DNA of 64,000 nt from the NCBI RefSeq assembly GCF_028368995.1, contig NZ_JAQNDL010000002.1:1248001-1312000 (forward strand), given 5' to 3'. The position numbers and the translations under genes are program-made. The notes below the pieces were generated by a model, which worked only from the letters and a program-made list of their open reading frames with translations, had not been told where the DNA came from and did not search any database. The stretch is from Nannocystis bainbridge. GTDB lineage: Bacteria; Myxococcota_A; Polyangia; Nannocystales; Nannocystaceae. Below are positions 19,823-28,375 of this stretch, piece after piece (within the stretch, counting starts at the first letter, position 1; the number at the start of each line of letters is the position of its first letter).

Positions 19823-20880
19823 CCCCAGGCCGCCGCGCCGGGCCTCGCGGGGCCGGCGGCGAGGCGGCGGGTGCTGGTCGTTCGGGCAGGTCCGAATGGA
19901 CAGGTCCGAAACGACAGGCAGGGGGGCGACCGGGAGCTGGTCGTTCGGGCAGGTCCGAAGGGACAGGTCCAAAACGACAGGCGGAGGGCGGCTCGCTCGC
20001 GCGGGCGATCGAGGCGTACCTCGAGCACCTGAAGGTCGAGCGGCGGCTGCGGCCCAACTCGCTGCTGGCGTACGGCGGCGACCTCGAGGCGTTCGCGGCC
20101 CACGCGGAGGCGGCGGAGGTCGAGGCGCTGGCGGCGGTGTCGCCGGCGCTGTTGCTGCGCTTCGCGGTCGGGTTGGCGCAGGCGGGGCTGTCGCCGCGCA
20201 GCCAGGCGCGGCGGCTGACGGCGGTGCGCGGGCTGTTTCGGTTCCTGCGCGAGGAGGGCCAGCTCGAGGTCGACCCGGCCCAGGCGCTGCGCCTACCGAA
20301 GCTGCCCAAGCGCTTGCCGGAGCTGCTGAGCCGCGGCGAGGTCGAGGCGCTGCTGGTCGCGCCGGGGCAGGACGGCCCGCTGGCGCTGCGCGACACGGCG
20401 CTGCTCGAGCTGCTCTATGCGACAGGTTGCCGGATCTCCGAGGCCCTCGATCTGACCCTCGATCGGCTCTACCTCGATCAAGCGATTGTGCGGCTCACCG
20501 GCAAGGGGGACAAGCAGCGGCTGGTGCCGCTCGGCTCGCCCGCGATCGCGGCGCTGCAGGCGTGGCTGACGAGCGGACGACCGGAGTTGGTGCGCGGCTC
20601 GCTGCGCTGGGTGTTCGTCAACCATCGTGGGGGCAAGCTGTCGCGCGTGGGTTTCTTCCTCAAGCTGCGGGAGCACGCGCTGGCGGCCGGCATCACGCGC
20701 CCGATCTCGCCGCACAAGCTGCGGCACAGCTTCGCCACGCATCTGCTCGAGGGCGGCGCCGACCTGCGCGCCGTGCAGGCGCTGCTCGGGCACGCGGACA
20801 TCGCCACGACGGAAATCTACACGCACGTGACGCGCGACCACCTGCGCGAGCGCCACAAGCGGCACCACCCGCGGGCGTGA
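19819..20880 (+). CDS. xerD: Tyrosine recombinase XerD
   Basis: RDTALLELLYATGCRISE, GKGDKQRLVP, SPHKLRHSFATHLLEGGADLR, LLGHADIATTEIYTHV. The N-terminal ~55 aa are repeat-derived. Confidence 0.9.
   Translation: MTPGRRAGPRGAGGEAAGAGRSGRSEWTGPKRQAGGRPGAGRSGRSEGTGPKRQAEGGSLARAIEAYLEHLKVERRLRPNSLLAYGGDLEAFAAHAEAAEVEALAAVSPALLLRFAVGLAQAGLSPRSQARRLTAVRGLFRFLREEGQLEVDPAQALRLPKLPKRLPELLSRGEVEALLVAPGQDGPLALRDTALLELLYATGCRISEALDLTLDRLYLDQAIVRLTGKGDKQRLVPLGSPAIAALQAWLTSGRPELVRGSLRWVFVNHRGGKLSRVGFFLKLREHALAAGITRPISPHKLRHSFATHLLEGGADLRAVQALLGHADIATTEIYTHVTRDHLRERHKRHHPRA
19873..19983 (+). repeat. Two-copy direct repeat (63-bp period) in the xerD N-terminus
   Basis: GCTGGTCGTTCGGGCAGGTCCGAA(T/G)GGACAGGTCC(G/A)AAACGACAGGC at 19873 and 19936, built from 14-bp-phased motif units. 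Confidence 0.85.
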
Positions 20881-21296
20881 AGGCAGCGCCGACGCGAGCG
20901 GCGTGATGGGCGAGGACCCGCCGGCACGCACGACGGGGGCGCGCTGCCGGGGCGGGCTCACGATCGTGAGCCCGCGAGCGTGGGGATGGGCGTGAGGTGT
21001 TCGAGGCGCGAGCGGCGGCCGGACGGCCAGAGCCGTGCGCGACGCCGGGACACGTGGCCGCGAGATGGCGGAATGGACATGGCGGAACGGGCATGTCCGA
21101 TCGGTCATGTATGCTCCGTGTCGGCGGGCGCGGACGGGGCGGCGGGGCCGGAATTTGCGCCGGCTCACGCCGCCAGGGGGCCGGGTCTGCGAGCGCGGGG
21201 GCCCGAGGTTTGACTCGGGCGGGCGCGGGCGGTAATTTTGTAGGGTCCCGCTCTCGCGGGCCTCTCGCCGTGGATCGCGCCTTCTCCCAAATTGCA

Positions 21297-22004
21297 GTGC
21301 TCGGTCTGCTCGGCGTCCAGGCCGCCGACGTCCGGCGCATGCTGGTCTTCGTCGTCTGCCTGGTGCTCGCCACGGCGGTTCACGAGTTCGCCCACGCCTA
21401 CACGGCCGACCGCCTCGGCGACCCGACGCCCGGGCGCGAGGGTCGCCTGACCCTCAACCCGCTGGCGCACGCCGACCCGATCGGCACCATCGCCCTGCCG
21501 CTGTTCGCCGGGCTGACGCACGCGCCGCTGTTCGGCTGGGGCCGGCCCGTCAACACCCAGCCCCGCTATTACAACCGCAAGCTCAGCATGCGCGGTGGCA
21601 TGGCGCTGGTCGCGTTCGCGGGGCCGCTGTCGAACATCCTGCAGGCGCTGCTGGTGGCGCTGCTGGTCCTGGGCCTGGTGGCGGGCGGCGTCAGCCCCGA
21701 CGCGCACGCCAGCGTGTTCGGGGTGCTCGGCCTGTTCTTCATCATGAACATCACGCTGGCGGTGTTCAACCTGCTGCCGGTGCACCCGCTGGACGGCGGC
21801 AAGGTGCTGGCGTGGCTGCTCCCGTCGCGCGCGCAGGCGGTCGACGATTTCCTGGCGAAGTGGGGCTGGGCGCTGCTGCTGGCGCTGCTGCTGTCACCCG
21901 CGCTGGCCATGATCTTTCAGCCGGTGATGCAGCTGGCGTACAAGACCATGGCCCTCGTCGACGTCCGCTGGCTCGCCGCCCTCGCCGAGCTGCTGGGGCG
22001 CTGA
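21297..22004 (+). CDS. Site-2 protease (peptidase M50)
   Basis: HEFAH zinc motif, LGDPTP, NLLPVHPLDG, multiple transmembrane segments. Start uncertain (21297 GTG or 21339 ATG). Confidence 0.9.
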   Translation: MLGLLGVQAADVRRMLVFVVCLVLATAVHEFAHAYTADRLGDPTPGREGRLTLNPLAHADPIGTIALPLFAGLTHAPLFGWGRPVNTQPRYYNRKLSMRGGMALVAFAGPLSNILQALLVALLVLGLVAGGVSPDAHASVFGVLGLFFIMNITLAVFNLLPVHPLDGGKVLAWLLPSRAQAVDDFLAKWGWALLLALLLSPALAMIFQPVMQLAYKTMALVDVRWLAALAELLGR

Positions 22005-22032
22005 AGCGGGCGAGAGCGAGCAAGAGCGGGCG

Positions 22033-25000
22033 ATGGAGCAGGGAAGCACGGGCCTCGGCGAGGGCGCTCCTCGCACGCGCGAGCGCAAAGGCCCTTCGAG
22101 CCCGGTCTATTCGGTCGAGCTCGAGGTGTTCGAGGGCCCGCTCGACCTGCTGCTGCACCTGGTGCGCAAGCACGAGCTCGACATCCTCGACATCCCGATC
22201 GCGTTCGTCGCCGAGAAGTACCTCGCGTACCTCGACGTGATGCGTCAGCTCGACCTCGAGATCGCGGGCGACTACCTGGTGATGGCGGCGACGCTGGCCT
22301 ACCTGAAGAGCCGCGAGCTGCTGCCGCCCGAGCCGCGCGCCGGCGAGGCGGGTCAGAGCGAGGAAGACGAGGGCGAGGACCCACGCGAGGCGCTGATCCG
22401 CCGGCTCGTCGAGTACGAGCGGTTCAAGCAGGCGGCGGCCGAGCTCGACTCGCTGCCGATGTCGGGCCGCGACGTGTTCGCTCGCGGCGCCGAGCTGGTG
22501 ATGCCGCCGGTCGATCCGGGGCTCGCGCCGGTGTCGCTGTTCAACCTCGCGGAGGCGTACTACCGCGTGCTCACGCGCGCGAAGGTGAAGTCGACCCACG
22601 AGGTCCAGATCGAGGCGGTGACGGTGGCCCAGCGGATCAAGCAGCTGGCGCTGATCCTCGAGGAGAAGCCGCACTTCGAGTTCGAAGAGCTGTTCCTGAA
22701 CCGCACCTGGGGCAGCGAGCGGGAGCTGCGGGCGATGGTGGTAGTGACCCTGATGTCGATCCTCGAGATGGTGAAGCTCGGGGTGGCGGGGGTGCAGCAG
22801 CCGCTCGACAGCACGACGATCCGGATCTACCGCCGCGCGTCCGCGGAGCAGACGCAGGCGGCGCTGGCCGACTACGACGAGGACGAGAGCTTCGGCGCGC
22901 CGAAGCCAAAGGCCGGCGAAGAGGAAGGCGCGCCGGCGAAGCCGCGCGAGACCGGGGCGTCGCGCGCAGCGGCGGAGGCGGAGCTCGATGCGGTCGAGGA
23001 GGCCGCGCTGCTGGCGGAGGCGCTGGCGTCGGTGCAAGAGCCCGAGGAGCCTGTCGTCGGCTACGCGGACGAGAGCGAGGATGTGGCGGCGAACGACGCC
23101 GCGAGCGAGTATGACGACGAGCCACGCCCGGCGCCGCGACGCAGCCGGAGCGAGGGCCGCCGGCCTGTGCTCGAGGACAGGGACGAGGCGATCGAGGAGA
23201 CGGCGGACGAGCGCTTCGTGATCGTCGAGGGGTCGAGCGCCGAGCCGCCGCGCGAGCACGTGAGCCGGTGGGGACGGGGCGCGGACGAAGCGGAGGAGCA
23301 GCGGGCCGGCGAGGAACTGTTGGAGCCCGGGGCGACGGCGGTGGGCGAGGATGTCCCCGGGGACATGTCGATCTCGGGGGAGCCAGGCGGAGTCGAGGAT
23401 GTCCTCGGGGACATGTCGACTGCGGCCGAGGATGCCCTCGAGGACATGCCGGGTGCTGATGCGTCGGGCGAAGATCTGTCCGCGGGTCCTGAAGATGGCC
23501 TTGTCGCGGGTGCGGGCGGAGAGATGCCCGGGGATTCGCTGGAGGCCGAAGATGTCCTTGAGGACATGCTGGCTGCGACGGACGAGACGGTCGCAATCGA
23601 GGATGTCTCGGAGGCGTTGCCGGACACAGGTGTCGCGGAGGGCCTCGAGGGTCTCTCCGGAGCGGACGATGAGCCGGCCGGGTCGGTGGAGGCCGAGGAT
23701 GTCCTTGGGGACATGCCGTTCGGGGACGACACGGCAGCAGCGACCGAATCGGGGCTGATCGCGGAGCTTGCGAGCGAGTCGGGCGAGCTGTCGAGCGCTG
23801 AGGACGAAGAATCGCCGCGCGGCGAGGATGACCTCGGGGTGCTGACGGTCGATGTCGCCGAGGACGAGGGCGACGGACGCGCATCGTTCGGCGAGCCGGA
23901 AGAGGGCGGCGGCCTGGATGTCCCTGAGGACACCTCCGTCATAGCGAGTGACGAGCGACTTTCGGCTGAAGACGAAGGTTTCTTTGAAGAAATTGCACGC
24001 GGCGTCGCGGTCGGAGCTGCGGAGGAACCACAGGAGAAATCCGAGAGCGACGAGAGCGCGGGGGCCGATGCTGGGGTCGCAGACGAGGCGCTCGCTCAGG
24101 GGGGCCTTGGTACTGGCTGGAGAGCGGGCGATGAGCCGGCCGCGTCGGTGAGGGCCGAGGATGTCCTCGGGGACATGCCGCTCGCCGACGACCAGGCAGC
24201 AGCAAGCGAGTCGGGTGAGCCTTCGGGCGCAGCGGACGAAGAGTCGCCGCGTGGCGAGCTGGACCTCGAGGCCCTGCCGGCCGACTTCGCCGAGGAAGAT
24301 AGCGACGGACGCGCATCGGCAGGGGCGGACCTGGATGTCCTCGAGGACGCATCCGGCTCCGCGGCGGGCGAGCGCCTCCTGGTTGCTGAGGAAGGTTCGT
24401 CGGCTGAAGCCGTTGCTCGCAGCGTCGCGGTCAGAGCTACCGAGGAGCCGCGGGAGGATGTTGAAAGCCTCGAGGGCGCGGCGATCGATGCTGGCTTCGC
24501 TGGCGAGGAGTCCGTCGCGGGCGAAGTCTTTGCCGACGCAGTGACGGAGGCCGCCGAGGAACTGCCGGAGCAATCCCGGAGTGACGCGAGCGTGGCGGAG
24601 GATGCGGGCTTCGCTGGCGAGGAGCTCGCCGCGGACGAAGTCATCGCCGACGCGGCGACGGAGGGAGCTGAATCCTCCAATGCCGGCGAAGGTGCCATGG
24701 CGCGCGGGGACGCGACGGAGGCCGCTGGAGCGGCTGACGGCGATACCGTGACTGTCGCAGACGTGGCGACGGAGGCGGCCGGATTTGCGGATGCGGGCGA
24801 AGACCCGGTCGTCGATACGGGGGATGTCGCTGACAGCGTCCCGGAGCGGTTGGCCGAGGCGCTGCTGCCGGAAGTTGCTAGCGACGAAGATGTCGTGACG
24901 GCAGATGCCGTCGTGCCGACGGAAGTCGCGGAGCCCGCCGACGGAGAGCGAGATGCGGCGGACGTCGCTGCCGGAGAGCGGCGCGAAGATGTCCTTGAGG

Positions 25001-25218
25001 ACATGTCTGATGTCGCGGTTCGGAAAGCCGAAGCGGTCCCCGAAGACGGCGAGGCGGGAGATCCAGCCGACGCCGGGCGCGAGACGACCGACGAGAAAGA
25101 AGCTGTCCTTTCAGACAGCGACGAAGAAGAGGCCGGCGGGTTGTTCCTCAACACCGGCGAGGGCCTCGGGGGCCGCGAGCTCGGCGACGTCGATGACGAT
25201 GAGGATGACGCGCAGTGA
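22033..25218 (+). CDS. scpA: Segregation and condensation protein A (kleisin) with a ~770-aa acidic C-terminal extension
   Basis: FEGPLDLLLHLVRK, YLVMAATLAYLKSRELLP, DPREALIRRLVEYERFK, followed by an open D/E/A/G-rich tail. Confidence 0.88.
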   Translation: MEQGSTGLGEGAPRTRERKGPSSPVYSVELEVFEGPLDLLLHLVRKHELDILDIPIAFVAEKYLAYLDVMRQLDLEIAGDYLVMAATLAYLKSRELLPPEPRAGEAGQSEEDEGEDPREALIRRLVEYERFKQAAAELDSLPMSGRDVFARGAELVMPPVDPGLAPVSLFNLAEAYYRVLTRAKVKSTHEVQIEAVTVAQRIKQLALILEEKPHFEFEELFLNRTWGSERELRAMVVVTLMSILEMVKLGVAGVQQPLDSTTIRIYRRASAEQTQAALADYDEDESFGAPKPKAGEEEGAPAKPRETGASRAAAEAELDAVEEAALLAEALASVQEPEEPVVGYADESEDVAANDAASEYDDEPRPAPRRSRSEGRRPVLEDRDEAIEETADERFVIVEGSSAEPPREHVSRWGRGADEAEEQRAGEELLEPGATAVGEDVPGDMSISGEPGGVEDVLGDMSTAAEDALEDMPGADASGEDLSAGPEDGLVAGAGGEMPGDSLEAEDVLEDMLAATDETVAIEDVSEALPDTGVAEGLEGLSGADDEPAGSVEAEDVLGDMPFGDDTAAATESGLIAELASESGELSSAEDEESPRGEDDLGVLTVDVAEDEGDGRASFGEPEEGGGLDVPEDTSVIASDERLSAEDEGFFEEIARGVAVGAAEEPQEKSESDESAGADAGVADEALAQGGLGTGWRAGDEPAASVRAEDVLGDMPLADDQAAASESGEPSGAADEESPRGELDLEALPADFAEEDSDGRASAGADLDVLEDASGSAAGERLLVAEEGSSAEAVARSVAVRATEEPREDVESLEGAAIDAGFAGEESVAGEVFADAVTEAAEELPEQSRSDASVAEDAGFAGEELAADEVIADAATEGAESSNAGEGAMARGDATEAAGAADGDTVTVADVATEAAGFADAGEDPVVDTGDVADSVPERLAEALLPEVASDEDVVTADAVVPTEVAEPADGERDAADVAAGERREDVLEDMSDVAVRKAEAVPEDGEAGDPADAGRETTDEKEAVLSDSDEEEAGGLFLNTGEGLGGRELGDVDDDEDDAQ

Positions 25219-25243
25219 CGGCGGCCGTGACAGGGGGTAGGAG

Positions 25244-28200
25244 ATGGTGAAGCCGCGCAAGACGGGCCTGAAGGCCCCTCCGCGGGTGCATGCGGGCGAG
25301 AGCGTGCCGGCGGTCGAGGCCGATGCGCCCGAGCCGACGGCGGAGGCGCCGGAGGCCGAACCCGACGAGCTTGCACAGGCCGAGGTCGACGCCGCGGAGG
25401 ACGTGACGGACGAGGATGCTTCTGCGGTGGCGCAGGAGGGACCCGTCGAGGACGCGGCAGAGGCAGGGGCGAGCGATGAAGCTGCGGAGGCCGGTGAGCC
25501 AGCCTCCGAGGAAGAGACGCGCGAGGCGCCGTCGCGCCCCGTCCGCCGCGGTCGCAAGGCTGCGCGCAGCCAGAGCGCGGCCAGCGAGGCGACCGCGGAT
25601 AGCGAGCCACCGCGGAAGGGCCGGCGGGGCCGCAAGGACCGAGCGAGCGCGGGCGATGGGATCGTCGGCGAAGACAGCGAGGTCGAAGCGGGGTCGACTG
25701 CACCCGCTAGCGGGCCGGACGAGGGCGAGGGCAGCGACGAGAAACGTGCAACGGTCGAGGGATCGGAGCTGGCCGATGAGACAGGTGCTTCTGGATCTGG
25801 CGAGGGGCGAGCGCTAGACGCTGACGACGCGTCAGCCGTGGTCTCGGGTGATGCGTCGCGGGCGACCGAGGAGGCAGCCGCTTCGCAAGGGAGCGAGGGC
25901 AGTGGTTCGTCCGATTCGCAGGTGTCCGAAGGGACAGATTCCCCGGGCGCCGGCGACGATGCCCGGGTGGAGGATCCTTCGGGCGCAACGGGTGAGGCTG
26001 CGGCCGAGCTGGCCGAAGGAGCAGGTCCGGAGGATGCGATCGCGGCGGCGCTGGCTGCCGCCTCGACGCCGCGGGCCGCCACCCCGGGGGTGGTGCTCAG
26101 CGACGAGCTGCCGATCGACCCCGACGACGACCTGCGCGGGATCGAGGGCGAGGCATCGGCGCGGCTGGTGTCGATCCTCGAGAGCCTGCTGTTCTCGGCG
26201 GCCAAGCCGTTGTCGGTGAAGGACCTGCGCAAGGTGCTGCAGGAGACCAGCCAGCGGCAGATCCAGCTGGCGCTGCGTCACCTGCTGGACGTGACGAGCT
26301 CGCGCGGGGTGGTGCTCGCGCAGGTCGCGGGCGGGTTCCAGTTCCGCACCCACCCGGAGAACGCGGTGTGGGTGCAGAAGATGCTGCAGGCGAAGCCGGC
26401 GAAGCTGAGCCGCACGCAGATCGAGACGCTGGCGATCGTGGCTTACCGACAGCCGGTGACTCGTCCGGAGATCGATGACATCCGCGGGGTCGACAGCGGC
26501 GCGGTGTTGAAGTCGTTGCTCGAGCGCGAGCTGATCCAGATCGTCGGCAAGAAGGACGAGCCGGGGCGCCCGCTGCTGTACGGGACGACCGTGCGGTTCC
26601 TCGAGTTCTTCAATCTCCGTGGGCTGCGCGACCTGCCGACGCTGCGAGACTTCCGTGATCTGTCCGAGGAATCCAAGGCGACCGTGCGCGAGCGCCTCGG
26701 TGACTTGCAGATCGCAGAGGCGCTGGGTCAGGAGGTGCTGGGGTTCGCCGGTGCCGAAGGAAAGGTCCCAGAGGACATGACCCCGGGGACAGGTGCGGAG
26801 GTGCCGGGGGGCGCGGCCGGGGAAGGTGCGGGCGGCGAAGCGTCGAGCACGGGCGCGTCGCAGCTTGAAGATGCGAGCCCGCAGTCTGCGGAGACGGGCG
26901 AGGACGGAGGCGTCGTTGCCTCAGGCGAGCAGGCGGAAGACGCGGCGAGCGGTGAGGCGGCGAGCGCCGGTACGGGCGAAGCCGCGGATGATGCAGGCAG
27001 CGCGAGTCGCTCCCACGACCTGAGCCCAGCGGATGCGGACGAAACCGCAGGAGCGCGTGGCTCGGGAGAACAGCGTCCGCCCGACGATACGGATGGTGTG
27101 GGCACGGTCGGCGATGCGGATGACGCGGGGGCGACCCGTGACGCGCGGGACGCCGTTACGGTGGATGAGGCCGACGACGCGGCGGCGACGGGGGACTCGG
27201 AGAGCCTCGGCACGGTCGTCGATGCGGATGAGGCGGGAGAGCCGGAGGACTCGCGGGCTCAGAATGCGATCGACGACGAGCACGCGACGAGTCACCCGGA
27301 CTCGGAGGACGAGTCCGGTGGCGACGCGGAGGACGCGGGCGAGTCGGATAACTCGGGGGAGCCCGGTACGATTGACGCTGTGAGCGACGCTCGCGCGGCG
27401 AGGGACCCGGACTCGGAGGACGAGTCTGGTGGCGACGCGGCGAGTGAGGCGGCCTCGAGGCCGGACTCGGAAGACGCGTCTGGCGAAGCGGATGCGGTGA
27501 GTGACTCGGTCTCGGAGGATGCCGCCGGCGGTGACGCGGACGCGGCGGACGAGTCGGAGCTCGAGACTGCGGACGACGCGGACGTGGCGAGCGGCTCGGA
27601 GAGCGAGCCCGCGGACGACGCGGAGACGGCGAGCGGCTCGGACGATGAGCCGGCGGACGACGCGGAGGCGGCGAGCGGCTCGGACGACGAGTCTGCCGAC
27701 GACGCGGACGTGGCGAGCGACTCGGAAGTCGAGACCACGGGCGACGCGGACGTGGCGGGCGACTCGGAAGTCGAGACTACAGACGACGCGGACGTGGCGA
27801 GCGACTCTGACGACGGCGCTGAGGACGACGGCGTGACGAGCGAATCAGCCGCGGACGACGCTGATCCAGACGACGCGGCTGCGCGAGTGGATGGCGATCG
27901 GAAAGAAGCCCCCGAGTCGGGCGACGACACGCATGGCGGTTCCGGCTCCGCGGAAGAGGGAGAAGGACCGGGACTGAACCGCGACGACGCCCTTGAAGCC
28001 GCGCCCAGCGACGACGAGGAGGAGACCGCTGCGATCACCGATCGGCGGGTCGAGCTCGACGATGAATTCGTGACGCGAGTGGACGCCGACGAGCTCAGCG
28101 AACATGATCCTGAGGACATGTCAGGGGATGCCGCGTCGGAGCAGGACGAGGACGCGAGCGCCAGCAAGCCGGCGGATCGCGCCGAACAAGATGACGAGGA

Positions 28201-28345
28201 CGGTGAGCACGGGCTCGCCGACGAGGACGGCGAGCGTGAGCTCGCCGACGAGGGCTCCGAGGAGCGCGAGGCATTCGACGGGGCGGTCACGCCTCGTCGG
28301 AAGCCGCGCGAGCCGGGGGCCGAGGATGAAGATGCCGAGAATTGA
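25244..28345 (+). CDS. scpB: Segregation and condensation protein B with acidic N- and C-terminal extensions
   Basis: Core ILESLLF...QVAGGFQFRT...ETLAIVAYRQPVTRPEIDDIRGV...GRPLLYGTT..FLEFFNL at about 26150-26700, flanked by long D/E/A/S tails. Confidence 0.88.
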   Translation: MVKPRKTGLKAPPRVHAGESVPAVEADAPEPTAEAPEAEPDELAQAEVDAAEDVTDEDASAVAQEGPVEDAAEAGASDEAAEAGEPASEEETREAPSRPVRRGRKAARSQSAASEATADSEPPRKGRRGRKDRASAGDGIVGEDSEVEAGSTAPASGPDEGEGSDEKRATVEGSELADETGASGSGEGRALDADDASAVVSGDASRATEEAAASQGSEGSGSSDSQVSEGTDSPGAGDDARVEDPSGATGEAAAELAEGAGPEDAIAAALAAASTPRAATPGVVLSDELPIDPDDDLRGIEGEASARLVSILESLLFSAAKPLSVKDLRKVLQETSQRQIQLALRHLLDVTSSRGVVLAQVAGGFQFRTHPENAVWVQKMLQAKPAKLSRTQIETLAIVAYRQPVTRPEIDDIRGVDSGAVLKSLLERELIQIVGKKDEPGRPLLYGTTVRFLEFFNLRGLRDLPTLRDFRDLSEESKATVRERLGDLQIAEALGQEVLGFAGAEGKVPEDMTPGTGAEVPGGAAGEGAGGEASSTGASQLEDASPQSAETGEDGGVVASGEQAEDAASGEAASAGTGEAADDAGSASRSHDLSPADADETAGARGSGEQRPPDDTDGVGTVGDADDAGATRDARDAVTVDEADDAAATGDSESLGTVVDADEAGEPEDSRAQNAIDDEHATSHPDSEDESGGDAEDAGESDNSGEPGTIDAVSDARAARDPDSEDESGGDAASEAASRPDSEDASGEADAVSDSVSEDAAGGDADAADESELETADDADVASGSESEPADDAETASGSDDEPADDAEAASGSDDESADDADVASDSEVETTGDADVAGDSEVETTDDADVASDSDDGAEDDGVTSESAADDADPDDAAARVDGDRKEAPESGDDTHGGSGSAEEGEGPGLNRDDALEAAPSDDEEETAAITDRRVELDDEFVTRVDADELSEHDPEDMSGDAASEQDEDASASKPADRAEQDDEDGEHGLADEDGERELADEGSEEREAFDGAVTPRRKPREPGAEDEDAEN
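27569..27820 (+). repeat. Coding tandem repeat, 6 x 42 bp, in the ScpB tail
   Basis: Units encode (A/T)(D/G)DA(D/E)xAS(G/D)S(E/D)xEx, e.g. GCGGACGACGCGGACGTGGCGAGCGGCTCGGAGAGCGAGCCC. Confidence 0.85.
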
Positions 28346-28375
28346 GCCGCGAGGCGGCGCGAAGGAGCAGCGAGC

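Noticed and set aside
19819-20880. Tyrosine recombinase as a prophage or island integrase
   Set aside because: Motifs and context (upstream of scpAB) fit housekeeping XerD. No att sites or mobile genes are nearby.
22900-25218. ScpA/ScpB tails as inteins, inserted elements or fused genes
   Set aside because: Low-complexity acidic composition with internal repeats. No intein, transposase or globular-domain signatures.
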